DNA of 64,000 nt from a virus (Duplodnaviria; Caudoviricetes). A model generated the notes under the pieces. The model was not told the origin of the DNA. It worked only from the letters and a program-made list of their open reading frames with translations, and made no database searches. Both the position numbers and the translations under genes were made by a program. This document shows, one piece after another, positions 37,746 to 46,856 of this stretch; position 1 is the first letter of the stretch; each line of letters begins with the position of its first letter. The stretch is taken from the IMG/VR virus record IMGVR_UViG_3300024344_003081. One strand, written 5' to 3'.

Positions 37746-37836
37746 TCTGATATAATTCAATCTATTCTAACGAATCACCATGGAAGGATTTGAAGTATTA
37801 TTGTTAGAATATTAACAATCTTTAAGGAGAATATAA

Positions 37837-38055
37837 ATGGTAGAAAAAATTCTCGGTTGGGTTAAATCTCTCACCGAAATTGGTCTAGCTTTTATAGCAC
37901 TCGGAGTAGTGCTTCAGATCCTATTCGGAGCCGCAGTTCCATTTCTTGGTTTGGACGTAATTGGTTCTGTATTAGCGGTCGTTAAGGAACTAGGAAGCGA
38001 AGGACTCGTTGGTCTAGTTGCTATATGGGTACTTTGGGGAATATACTCAAAGTAA
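37837..38055 (+). CDS. Small hydrophobic membrane protein
   Basis: 72 aa, almost entirely hydrophobic; SD AAGGAG. Confidence 0.7.
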   Translation: MVEKILGWVKSLTEIGLAFIALGVVLQILFGAAVPFLGLDVIGSVLAVVKELGSEGLVGLVAIWVLWGIYSK

Positions 38056-38065
38056 GTTAATAAAT

Positions 38066-38097
38066 AGCGGTAGATTGGAAGATTTACCGCTTTTTTT
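38066..38097 (+). terminator. Rho-independent terminator
   Basis: AGCGGTAGAT-TGGAAG-ATTTACCGCT stem-loop followed by T run. Confidence 0.75.
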
Positions 38098-38117
38098 GTT
38101 TTCTCGGAAGGAGAAAA

Positions 38118-39203
38118 ATGAATAAGTTAAAAATCCTTGCTGTACTCATTTTGAGTATAGCATTAATTGGTATTGCTAACGCAAAAAAGCAAGTATCAGT
38201 TGGTTATGTTCTAGTGGGACCAAAAAATGATGGCGGATGGTCAATGCGACATCATCAAGGATTTCAATCCTTAACAAAACATGGGTATGAAGTCTCAATG
38301 GTAGAAATGGTACCAGAGTCAGAATCCCAAAAAGTATTCCGTAAACTCGCAAGAAAACACGATATTGTCTTTGCAACTTCATTCGGTTATATGGATGGAA
38401 TGGTGAAAGCCGCAAAGAAAAATCCTGATACAATTTTCATGCATGCCACGGGTTACAAAGGTAACGATACAAATATGGACAACTACGTTTGTCATTCATT
38501 CCAAGCACGATATCTTACAGGAATTGCGGCTGGAATGTTGTCAAAAACAAATAAGATTGGTGTAGTTGGTTCACATCCGATACCTGAAATTATTCGTAAT
38601 ATTAATGCTCTAACTATTGGAGCCCAAACAGTAAATCCAGACATTGAAGTTAATATTGTATGGATTAACTCATGGTTCGATCCACCTAAAGATATGGATG
38701 CGGCTAAAGCACTTCTTGATGATGGAAATGATATTCTCTTTACAACAACAGATTCACCTAGTGTAGTAACTCTTGCACAACAAGCGTGGAAAACTGATGG
38801 TAAAGAAGTATGGAGTATGGGAAATGATGCGCCTATGGGAAGTAACGGACCAGATCGATACATCACGGGTATGATGTTCAACTGGAATGTTCTTTACAAA
38901 CATATAGTAGATCAACTTGCACATGGAAAACTCAAAATGAATCAAAGGTGGAATTGGGGTTTGAAAGAAAATTGTGTAGGACTATCACCATGGGGAGCAA
39001 ATGTTCCTGGCTCTGTTGTTAATAAAGTTGAAACAGTTAAAATGAACTGGATTAATGATGATTTGGATGAATGGTATCCATTCTCTCAAGGAATTACGAA
39101 ACAGGATGGTTCAACAATTCCCGCTGGTACTCTTAAAAGACCAGAATTAGAAACAATGCAATACTTTGTAAAAGGTGTTGTTAATAAATTCCCTACTAAT
39201 TAA
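38118..39203 (+). CDS. BMP/PnrA-family ABC substrate-binding protein (nucleoside/nucleobase type)
   Basis: Signal peptide; VGPKNDGGW, ATSFGY, YLTGIAAG, NALTIGA, WINSWFDP. Confidence 0.92.
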   Translation: MNKLKILAVLILSIALIGIANAKKQVSVGYVLVGPKNDGGWSMRHHQGFQSLTKHGYEVSMVEMVPESESQKVFRKLARKHDIVFATSFGYMDGMVKAAKKNPDTIFMHATGYKGNDTNMDNYVCHSFQARYLTGIAAGMLSKTNKIGVVGSHPIPEIIRNINALTIGAQTVNPDIEVNIVWINSWFDPPKDMDAAKALLDDGNDILFTTTDSPSVVTLAQQAWKTDGKEVWSMGNDAPMGSNGPDRYITGMMFNWNVLYKHIVDQLAHGKLKMNQRWNWGLKENCVGLSPWGANVPGSVVNKVETVKMNWINDDLDEWYPFSQGITKQDGSTIPAGTLKRPELETMQYFVKGVVNKFPTN

Positions 39204-39216
39204 TGGAGAGTAAAAA

Positions 39217-40158
39217 ATGAAAAATATTTTAGCAATTATTGTAGCATTCTTTATGATGATGAGTGTTACTTATGCCAAAGAAAAAGTGACCCTGTTAATG
39301 GATTGGTTTCCACAGGGCAATCAAAGTGGATTCTGGCAGGCTCAATTTGATAATGCACATAATCCAGACCTTGAAATTACAATTAAATCGGGCGGACCAA
39401 AAGTTAGAACTACTACTGCAGTAGCATCTGGTCAAGTAGAATTTGGTCTTAATGGATCAGATAGTGTAATGATGGCTAATGCAAAAGGTGCAGGACTTAA
39501 AGCTATTTTCGTTAGTCTTGGTCATGTTCCATACACGTTAGTTTATCATCCAAATACTGGTGTAAATAGTGTTCAAGATTTAGATGGTAGACCCTTTGCA
39601 GTTGTGATGGGTATTACATATTGGAAATGGGTAAAACATACTTATAATTTAAATAAAGTAAAAGAATTTCCATTGACTGGTGATCTTGGATTGTTTGCAA
39701 GAACTCCACAACAATTTCAACAAGGATATTCTCTTTTCTTACCAGCAAGACTGGATGCTAAGGGAGTTGATAATGAGCAAATTACAGTTGAGTCTTTGGG
39801 TTATAGACCATATAGTGTTTTGTTCACAAGCGATAAGTTGATCAAAGAAAATCGTGCATTAGTGCAGAAAGTTGTTGATCGTCTTAGTATTTCTTTTCAC
39901 AAGTCTTTAGTTGATCCAAAACCAACTAGAGATTTTATTCTTTCAAAGAGTAAAAAAGTAAATGCTGAAATTCATAACAATGCTCTTGAACTTATGAAGG
40001 CAGATTTTCTTCCCGATGATTGGAGCAAGATTGGATGTCAAGATCCTCAACGATGGGTTGAATTAGCAAGTCAATTGAAAGAAGTTAACGTATTACCTGC
40101 GGATTTCGATCCACATTCGTCATATGATACTTCATTTAAAAAGGGATGTTTTAATTAA
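39217..40158 (+). CDS. NMT1/THI5 (ThiY/SsuA-like) ABC substrate-binding protein
   Basis: Signal peptide; LLMDWFPQGNQSGFWQA, SGGP, VASGQVEFG. Confidence 0.88.
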   Translation: MKNILAIIVAFFMMMSVTYAKEKVTLLMDWFPQGNQSGFWQAQFDNAHNPDLEITIKSGGPKVRTTTAVASGQVEFGLNGSDSVMMANAKGAGLKAIFVSLGHVPYTLVYHPNTGVNSVQDLDGRPFAVVMGITYWKWVKHTYNLNKVKEFPLTGDLGLFARTPQQFQQGYSLFLPARLDAKGVDNEQITVESLGYRPYSVLFTSDKLIKENRALVQKVVDRLSISFHKSLVDPKPTRDFILSKSKKVNAEIHNNALELMKADFLPDDWSKIGCQDPQRWVELASQLKEVNVLPADFDPHSSYDTSFKKGCFN

Positions 40159-40171
40159 TTGAGAGTTTATT

Positions 40172-40876
40172 ATGATTGACATTTCAGGTGTTACTAAACA
40201 TTTTGATGATGTCCATGCATTAGCAGAAATAAATTTAGACATTAGCACAGGAGAGTTTGTTTCTATAGTTGGACCCTCTGGTTGCGGAAAGTCTACCTTA
40301 TTAAGAATTATTGCGGGTTTAGTTTCTACTCATGGAAGAGTATTAAAACCTGATAAAGGTGCTTTTGTGTTCCAAGATTCTGCATTACTTCCATGGAGGA
40401 ATGTGCAGAAAAACATAGAACTTTTAATGGAATTAGAACTTATCCCTAAAGCAGAACGAGTCGAAAAGGCTCGTTCTGCCCTCTCTCAAGTCGGACTAAC
40501 TGGATTTGAAAAAAATTATCCTCATCAATTATCTGGTGGCATGAAAATGAGATTGTCTCTAGCAAGATCATTAGTATTAAACCCTGATTATCTTCTTATG
40601 GATGAACCATTATCTGCGGTAGATGAATTAACCCGTGAAGTTTTACAAGAAGAGATATATGCATTATGGAAAAAAGATAAATTTACTGCTATACTTGTGA
40701 CACATAATGTTCCAGAAGCAGTTTATCTTTCTAATAGAGTAGTTATTATGTCTCCAAGACCTGGAAGTATTACACATATTGTTGATGTTCCTTTTAAGAA
40801 CAGAAATCAAAAATTGAGATCATCAAATAAATATCATAAACTTATTAATAATATTTCTGGAAAATTAAGATCATGA
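40172..40876 (+). CDS. ABC transporter ATPase (TauB/SsuB-like)
   Basis: GPSGCGKST, VFQDSALLPWR, LSGGM, LLMDEP, VTH. Confidence 0.97.
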   Translation: MIDISGVTKHFDDVHALAEINLDISTGEFVSIVGPSGCGKSTLLRIIAGLVSTHGRVLKPDKGAFVFQDSALLPWRNVQKNIELLMELELIPKAERVEKARSALSQVGLTGFEKNYPHQLSGGMKMRLSLARSLVLNPDYLLMDEPLSAVDELTREVLQEEIYALWKKDKFTAILVTHNVPEAVYLSNRVVIMSPRPGSITHIVDVPFKNRNQKLRSSNKYHKLINNISGKLRS

Positions 40877-41634
40877 AAAATATAATTCCACCAATTCTAG
40901 TCTTAATAATATTTCTATTTGTGTGGACACTAGCGGCCCATCTTTATAATATGTCTTTTCTTTTACCAAATCCCCTAGAAGTTTTACAAGCATTTATAAC
41001 AGATTTTGATATGGTTATCGGTGGACTTTGGATTACTTTTCAAGAAGCATTATATGGTTATCTTTTAGCAATCGGTATTGGTATTACTTCTGCGGCAATT
41101 ATGAGTCAATCAAAAATATTAGAACGCAGTTTCTATCCCTATGCAATATTATTACAAACACTTCCTGCAGTTGCAGTAGCTCCATTGATTGTTCTTTGGT
41201 TTGGATTTGAAATGAGATCAGTTGTTATTATAAGTTTAATTATTTCATTATTTCCAATCATTAATAATACTTTGTTAGGATTAAAATCAACATCTATTAG
41301 TTTAGTTGAACTTTTTCAAATGCATAATCAATCACGTTTTGTTAATTTTTTCAAACTTCGTTTACCAGCCGCTACTCCTAATGTTATTGCAGGATTGAGA
41401 ATATCAGCAGGATTATCTGTTATCGGTGCAATCGTAGGAGAGTTTATTATTGGCTCTGGAAGTGAAGGTGGCGGATTAGGTGTAATGATAATGTATGCAC
41501 AAGCAGATTTAGCAACTGCATTAGTAATAGCACTTATTTTTACTGCTACTGGTTTGGGGTTTGCTTTCTTTATGACAGTATCAACATTGGGACACTATCT
41601 TTTACATAACTGGCACGAATCAGAGTTAGCATGA
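40873..41634 (+). CDS. ABC transporter permease (TauC/SsuC-like)
   Basis: About 6 TM; QTLPAVAVAPL, LRLPAA, AIVGEF. Confidence 0.93.
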   Translation: MKNIIPPILVLIIFLFVWTLAAHLYNMSFLLPNPLEVLQAFITDFDMVIGGLWITFQEALYGYLLAIGIGITSAAIMSQSKILERSFYPYAILLQTLPAVAVAPLIVLWFGFEMRSVVIISLIISLFPIINNTLLGLKSTSISLVELFQMHNQSRFVNFFKLRLPAATPNVIAGLRISAGLSVIGAIVGEFIIGSGSEGGGLGVMIMYAQADLATALVIALIFTATGLGFAFFMTVSTLGHYLLHNWHESELA

Positions 41635-42686
41635 AATCAACAATAGAACGCAGAAAAACGGGATTAATTTATTGGGATATGGATTGGTCTTCTGGATGTT
41701 ATACTTTGTATGCACCACAAACTGGTAATGGTTTAGTAAAATTAATTGCTATTGATGGCGATACTGTTCACGAATGGAAACTTCCAGTAAGACCCGGTCG
41801 AGATGCAGTAATACTAGATTATGTACAAGGTCGTAAATCTGGAAATCTTGGTTACAATGGTAGTCATGCAAAGTCAGCAAATCTTTATCCATCATGGGAT
41901 ATTTGGCATGGTGGACATTTCATGGAAGTTGCACCAAACGGAGATATTGTATGGGAACATGAAGATATCTATCATCACCATGATGCTCAATGGTTGCCAA
42001 ATGGAAATTTAATCTATACAGTTGCGGCTGAATGGAATGGTAAACAATCAGATATTGTAAAAGAAGTAAATCCAAAAGGTGAAGTAGTTTGGGAATGGAG
42101 AGCATGGGAACATCTTACTAGAAAAGAGTGGTCTATACATGAATGTTTTAATGATGATCATTGGCCAATGATTAATGGTGTTTATCAAGATGGGTTTCTA
42201 CTTTATTTGAGTTTACGAACAACATCGGGTATTATTGCAGTAAATAAAAATACAAAAGAAGTAATTTGGGAATTGAAGTATCCTTTTGTAGCACAACAGC
42301 ATGATCCATCAATAACAGAACAGGGAAATTTATTGTGTTTTGATAATGGAAATATTCGTCCTAGTTCAATTCATCATTCTCGTATTGTAGAGTATGATAC
42401 AGTATCAAAAGAACTTGTATGGGAATATAAAGACCCGATGCCTTCTGCATTTTTTTCTCCGTATATGGGAAGTGTTCAAAAACTTTGGAATGGAAGTTAT
42501 TCTATTTGTGAAAGTGCATTTGGAAGAATATTCGAAGTAACTTCAGAAGGCGAATTAATGTGGGAATATGTTATACCAGAATTCGCAGAATACCCCTCAC
42601 CACTAAATAACTATATAACAGGATCACATAATAGTTGTTTTAAAGCACATCGTTACGAATCAAATACGATAACGAATATTCTCTAG
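41631..42686 (+). CDS. Arylsulfotransferase (ASST)-like beta-propeller
   Basis: HHDA..LPNGN, EVNPKGEVVWEW, HIN-like PMINGV, QQHDP, FDNG, SRIVEYD repeats. Confidence 0.8.
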   Translation: MKSTIERRKTGLIYWDMDWSSGCYTLYAPQTGNGLVKLIAIDGDTVHEWKLPVRPGRDAVILDYVQGRKSGNLGYNGSHAKSANLYPSWDIWHGGHFMEVAPNGDIVWEHEDIYHHHDAQWLPNGNLIYTVAAEWNGKQSDIVKEVNPKGEVVWEWRAWEHLTRKEWSIHECFNDDHWPMINGVYQDGFLLYLSLRTTSGIIAVNKNTKEVIWELKYPFVAQQHDPSITEQGNLLCFDNGNIRPSSIHHSRIVEYDTVSKELVWEYKDPMPSAFFSPYMGSVQKLWNGSYSICESAFGRIFEVTSEGELMWEYVIPEFAEYPSPLNNYITGSHNSCFKAHRYESNTITNIL

Positions 42687-42701
42687 GAGGGTGAATAAAA
42701 A

Positions 42702-43979
42702 ATGATCGGATTCAAAAAGAATCGATGGGACAATATAACACGTCCTTATACAGAAGAAGATGTAGACCGGTTAGGGGGGTCTCTCAAAATAGAATATACT
42801 CTAGCAAAAACAGGAGCAGATAAATTATGGAACAGACTACATTCTAAAAATCGAAATTATGTAAATGCATTAGGAGCATTAACAGGAAATCAAGCATTGC
42901 AACAAGCAAAAGCAGGATTAAAATCTGTTTATCTCAGTGGTTGGCAAGTAGCAGGAGATGCAAATGATAGTTTAGAAATGTATCCAGATCAATCACTATA
43001 TGCAACAAGTAGTGTACCCACAGTAATTAAAAAAATCAATAATACATTTATTCGTGCAGATCAAATTCAAACAATGGAAGGAACAGGAGATATAGATTAT
43101 TTTCTTCCTATTGTTGCTGATATGGAATCGGGATTTGGTGGAGTACTTAATACACATGAATTAATGAAAGACATGATTGAAGCAGGTGCCGCAGGTGTAC
43201 ATTTAGAAGATCAATTATCTTCTGCTAAAAAATGTGGACATATGGGAGGAAAAGTTTTAGTACCTACTCGGGAAATGATTTCTAAACTTATTTCAGCAAG
43301 ATTTGCGGCAGACATAATGGGCGTTGATACAGTAATAATTGCAAGAACAGATTCATTAGCAGGAGCATTATTGTCTTCTGATTCTGATCCTTATGATCAT
43401 AAATTTATTGAAAAAAAACAGTGGAACCACATGCTTCCACCGAAAGAAGATAGAACTGAAGAAGGTCTTTTTAGAGTAAAAGCAGGAATGGAACAAGCAG
43501 TTTCTAGAGGACTTGCATATGCACCATATTGTGATTTAATTTGGATGGAAACATCTTTACCAGACCTGGGAGAATGTAAAGAATTTATACAAGAGATTCG
43601 TAAAGAGTTTCCTGAAAAAATGTTTGCATATAATTGTTCTCCATCATTTAATTGGAAAGCAAAATTAAATGATACAGAAATACGTGATTTTCAAGATAAT
43701 TTGGGTGAATTGGGATGTAAATATCAGTTTATAACTCTTGCTGGTTTTCATAGTTTAAATTATAGTATGTTTGATTTAGCAAGAAAATATAAAAAAACAG
43801 GAATGACTGGATTTGTAGACTTACAACAAAAAGAATTTGAAGCACAGGATAAGGGTTTTACTGCAGTAAAGCATCAACGTGAAGTTGGGGCGGGTTATTT
43901 TGATGCAGTTGGGCAAATTTGTACAAATAGCAATACTTTGAGTGCAGTTGAAGGATCAACTGAACAAGAGCAATTTTAG
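42702..43979 (+). CDS. aceA: Isocitrate lyase
   Basis: [49 protein letters not shown]. Confidence 0.97.
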   Translation: MIGFKKNRWDNITRPYTEEDVDRLGGSLKIEYTLAKTGADKLWNRLHSKNRNYVNALGALTGNQALQQAKAGLKSVYLSGWQVAGDANDSLEMYPDQSLYATSSVPTVIKKINNTFIRADQIQTMEGTGDIDYFLPIVADMESGFGGVLNTHELMKDMIEAGAAGVHLEDQLSSAKKCGHMGGKVLVPTREMISKLISARFAADIMGVDTVIIARTDSLAGALLSSDSDPYDHKFIEKKQWNHMLPPKEDRTEEGLFRVKAGMEQAVSRGLAYAPYCDLIWMETSLPDLGECKEFIQEIRKEFPEKMFAYNCSPSFNWKAKLNDTEIRDFQDNLGELGCKYQFITLAGFHSLNYSMFDLARKYKKTGMTGFVDLQQKEFEAQDKGFTAVKHQREVGAGYFDAVGQICTNSNTLSAVEGSTEQEQF

Positions 43980-43989
43980 AAGGAGTAAA

Positions 43990-45072
43990 ATGAAAAGTGG
44001 AGATGTGGCAACAGGTGTAGATGTATCAAAAGAAACAAGTGTTGGAAATGAAGATGTTGGCGCAAGTGCAGAAGCCCATGCAGAAGCAGGTGTAGAAGTA
44101 ACCGATTCTAGTGTAAGTGCAGAAGCAGAAGTTGGCGCAAGTGCAGAAGCACATGCAGGTACTACAGTAGGTGGAGTTGATTTAGAAGCAGAGGCATCAG
44201 TAGAAGCAGAAGCACATGCAACGGCAGGTGCAGAAATTACAGATACAGATGTGAGTGCAGGAGCAGAAGTTGGTGCAAGTGTAGAAGCCAGTGTGGAAGC
44301 AAGTGCAGGATCAGATACTACAATAGGTGATACAGGTATTGATGTAGGAGCAGAAACTTCAGTAGGAGCAACTGCAGAAGCACATGTAGGAGCAGAAGCA
44401 GAAGCAACTGCTGGACTTCATGGAGTAGAAGGACATGCAGGAGCAGAAGTTGGTGCAAGTGTTGGTGTAGAATCAGAATCATCTGTTCAAGTTGGTGCGG
44501 CAGAAGCAACTGGAAGTGCAGGAGTAAGTATTGGAGTGCAAGCTGGTGCAGAAGTCGGTGGAGGCGCAACTTTTGATGAGGGAACGATTAGTATGGGAGT
44601 TGATGGACATATTGCGTTACTTGCTGGTGTGGATCTTGATTTAGAAGTAGATATTGATACTAAAGAAGCATTGAGAGAAGCAAAAGATGCGGCCCAAGAA
44701 GCACAAAAACTGGCGGATGAAGCAAAAAAAGCGGCTTTAGCACATGATAAAGAAGTTGCTGAAGCAAAAAGATTAGCAGAAGAACATGCTAAAGAAGTAG
44801 CAAAAGCCGCTCAAGAGAAAATTCTGAAAGATAAAGAATACGCCGAAGAGAAGGCACGAAAAGCAAAAGCAGAAGCAGAAGAAAAAGCTAGACAAGCGGC
44901 GGAAAAAGCTAGACAAGCAAAAGAGGCCGCAGAAAGAGCGGCCGCAAAGAAAGCTGAAGAAGCTAAAAAAGCCGCGGAGAATACGGCTAAAAAGGCGAAA
45001 AAGACAACAAAGAAAACAACAAAAAAAATAACAAAAGCATTTAGTACGAAAAAGAAAAAGAAGAAAAAATGA
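43990..45072 (+). CDS. Low-complexity protein: Ala/Gly/Glu/Val beta-repeat N-half plus Ala/Lys/Glu coiled-coil C-half
   Basis: Repeated (G)AEVGAS(A/V)EA(H)AG units, TolA/histone-H1-like tail, poly-K end; ATG 43990 after AGGAG. Confidence 0.7.
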   Translation: MKSGDVATGVDVSKETSVGNEDVGASAEAHAEAGVEVTDSSVSAEAEVGASAEAHAGTTVGGVDLEAEASVEAEAHATAGAEITDTDVSAGAEVGASVEASVEASAGSDTTIGDTGIDVGAETSVGATAEAHVGAEAEATAGLHGVEGHAGAEVGASVGVESESSVQVGAAEATGSAGVSIGVQAGAEVGGGATFDEGTISMGVDGHIALLAGVDLDLEVDIDTKEALREAKDAAQEAQKLADEAKKAALAHDKEVAEAKRLAEEHAKEVAKAAQEKILKDKEYAEEKARKAKAEAEEKARQAAEKARQAKEAAERAAAKKAEEAKKAAENTAKKAKKTTKKTTKKITKAFSTKKKKKKK

Positions 45073-45075
45073 AGA

Positions 45076-45429
45076 ATGCAAGATTTAAATATTAGATGTA
45101 TTATACATAAATCTTCATTGATTGAATATTTTTATAAACATACACTTGTTATTCAAGATGAAGAACATATAGATCCATTAATAGAATTTCAAGATGATTC
45201 TTGGTTACTTTATTCTTCAAAGGTCCCTAAACATAAAACGAGTTTGATTCCTCCAACTCTTCCTTTGAAAGCTATAAGACCTGTAGTAGATTCTTTGACT
45301 TTATATTATATTAAAAATTCATTAGTGATGCCTTGTTTTGATTTATTAAAAACTACTATGGAAATTGATTTTGGTATAGTAGAAGAAAGTAAAGAAATTG
45401 TTATCACTAATATAAAAACTAAATACTAA
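45076..45429 (+). CDS. Hypothetical protein
   Basis: 117-aa ORF in gene-dense context. Confidence 0.45.
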   Translation: MQDLNIRCIIHKSSLIEYFYKHTLVIQDEEHIDPLIEFQDDSWLLYSSKVPKHKTSLIPPTLPLKAIRPVVDSLTLYYIKNSLVMPCFDLLKTTMEIDFGIVEESKEIVITNIKTKY

Positions 45430-45430
45430 T

Positions 45431-46336
45431 ATGAGAACATTTAAAGGATATCTAACAGAACGCTTTCAAGAGTGGAAAAAACCCAATAAGCCCGCATGGA
45501 CAGAAGGTCTGTCTACCATGTTATTTGATTTACGTAACTCGGGCATAAACGATTTACCAATTCCCCTATCTCCCTCTATTTTTTCAAGACTTTGGCCAAA
45601 ACCCACCCGTTCAAGAGTATTTCATGTAACTGATTATATGGGAGTCGAAAATTTAGCAAGATTGCAAGGAAGAAAGAAATCAATTTCTGCATTTTATAAT
45701 ATTGCAAGATGGACTATTGAAGATGGTATCAGAACAGATGGGGGTTATGTTGTTGAATTAGATGCAGATGTTCTCGTTGCGGCACCAGATGATATTTCAA
45801 GTATGCCCGATAAGGGGGGAACAAGATGGATTACTTGGAATACAATTTTTTCTCAAATGGGACAGAAAAAATATCTTAAAAGAATGGAAGATGATCTGAA
45901 TGAATTCTTGATAGAACTTATTATGCAATATGCAGATGATCCAAAATTTATGCCAGATGTTAAGAAATCTTGGATTGCTCTTGGTAAAGAATATAAGAAT
46001 GAAAAAAGAATATTGTATGATATTATCAAAGATTATTTTGATGGTATAGAGCAAGTTATACGAAAACATGGAAAAGAGTTACACTTTGTCTTTACTAATT
46101 ATGTTGGAGATAGGCATATGAGGCCAGATCCAGATAGTGGAGACTATGAAGAATGGGATGAATTAGTAGTTAATAATATTAAGATTATAAAGATTCATGT
46201 AGGACCAGAATTTGCACCAGATTTTGAAGAAGATGATGATATAGATGGATTTCCATTTAAGGGTTGGGATGATACTGGTGATTTAACAAAGTATATTGCA
46301 CAAAAAGTAAAAAAGGATCTTAAAAAAAGAAAATGA
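45431..46336 (+). CDS. Hypothetical protein with capsid-targeting-like N-terminus
   Basis: MRTFKGYLTE start; 301 aa. Confidence 0.6.
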   Translation: MRTFKGYLTERFQEWKKPNKPAWTEGLSTMLFDLRNSGINDLPIPLSPSIFSRLWPKPTRSRVFHVTDYMGVENLARLQGRKKSISAFYNIARWTIEDGIRTDGGYVVELDADVLVAAPDDISSMPDKGGTRWITWNTIFSQMGQKKYLKRMEDDLNEFLIELIMQYADDPKFMPDVKKSWIALGKEYKNEKRILYDIIKDYFDGIEQVIRKHGKELHFVFTNYVGDRHMRPDPDSGDYEEWDELVVNNIKIIKIHVGPEFAPDFEEDDDIDGFPFKGWDDTGDLTKYIAQKVKKDLKKRK

Positions 46337-46343
46337 AAATATA

Positions 46344-46856
46344 ATGATAATAGATTTTAATAAAAGTATTAGTGAACAATGGAAAGATCAAACTACAACA
46401 ACATCACATACAGCCGCTACGGCTGATGAAAAAGTTTTAGCAACATCAACTTTTAATACAGAAATACCATCAACAGTAATTGACATTTATAATTTTCCTA
46501 GAAAATCAAAGTCTATTGTTGCAACAAGTAAAAACAAAGAAAAGTTAATTGAATTATTTGATCTCATTGAATCAAAAAATGAAACGACATTGAAATTTAA
46601 TGAGTCAGAAGATTTATTTGTTTCTGAAGAATTTAAACATTTTAAAGAAGTTCAATTTGATATTTTTCCTCTAACAATGGATGTGAATAAGCTATTTACA
46701 GATTTTAAACAACTGTTACAGTTAAAAAATATGACTATTATTTGTAAATTTAGTCCAGAAATAGCTTGCCATGAAGTGCTAGATATGTTAAAATATGTGT
46801 TAGTATTAAAAAATAAGAATTATCCTGGAATTGTAATAATTAAAGATGAGATATGA
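46344..46856 (+). CDS. Hypothetical protein
   Basis: 170-aa ORF coupled to guaC (ATGA overlap). Confidence 0.5.
   Translation: MIIDFNKSISEQWKDQTTTTSHTAATADEKVLATSTFNTEIPSTVIDIYNFPRKSKSIVATSKNKEKLIELFDLIESKNETTLKFNESEDLFVSEEFKHFKEVQFDIFPLTMDVNKLFTDFKQLLQLKNMTIICKFSPEIACHEVLDMLKYVLVLKNKNYPGIVIIKDEI

Noticed and set aside
37763-37811. Riboswitch in the leader of the 37837 membrane protein
   Set aside because: Only one AT-rich inverted repeat (TATTCTAAC/GTTAGAATA) is visible, with no recognisable aptamer consensus
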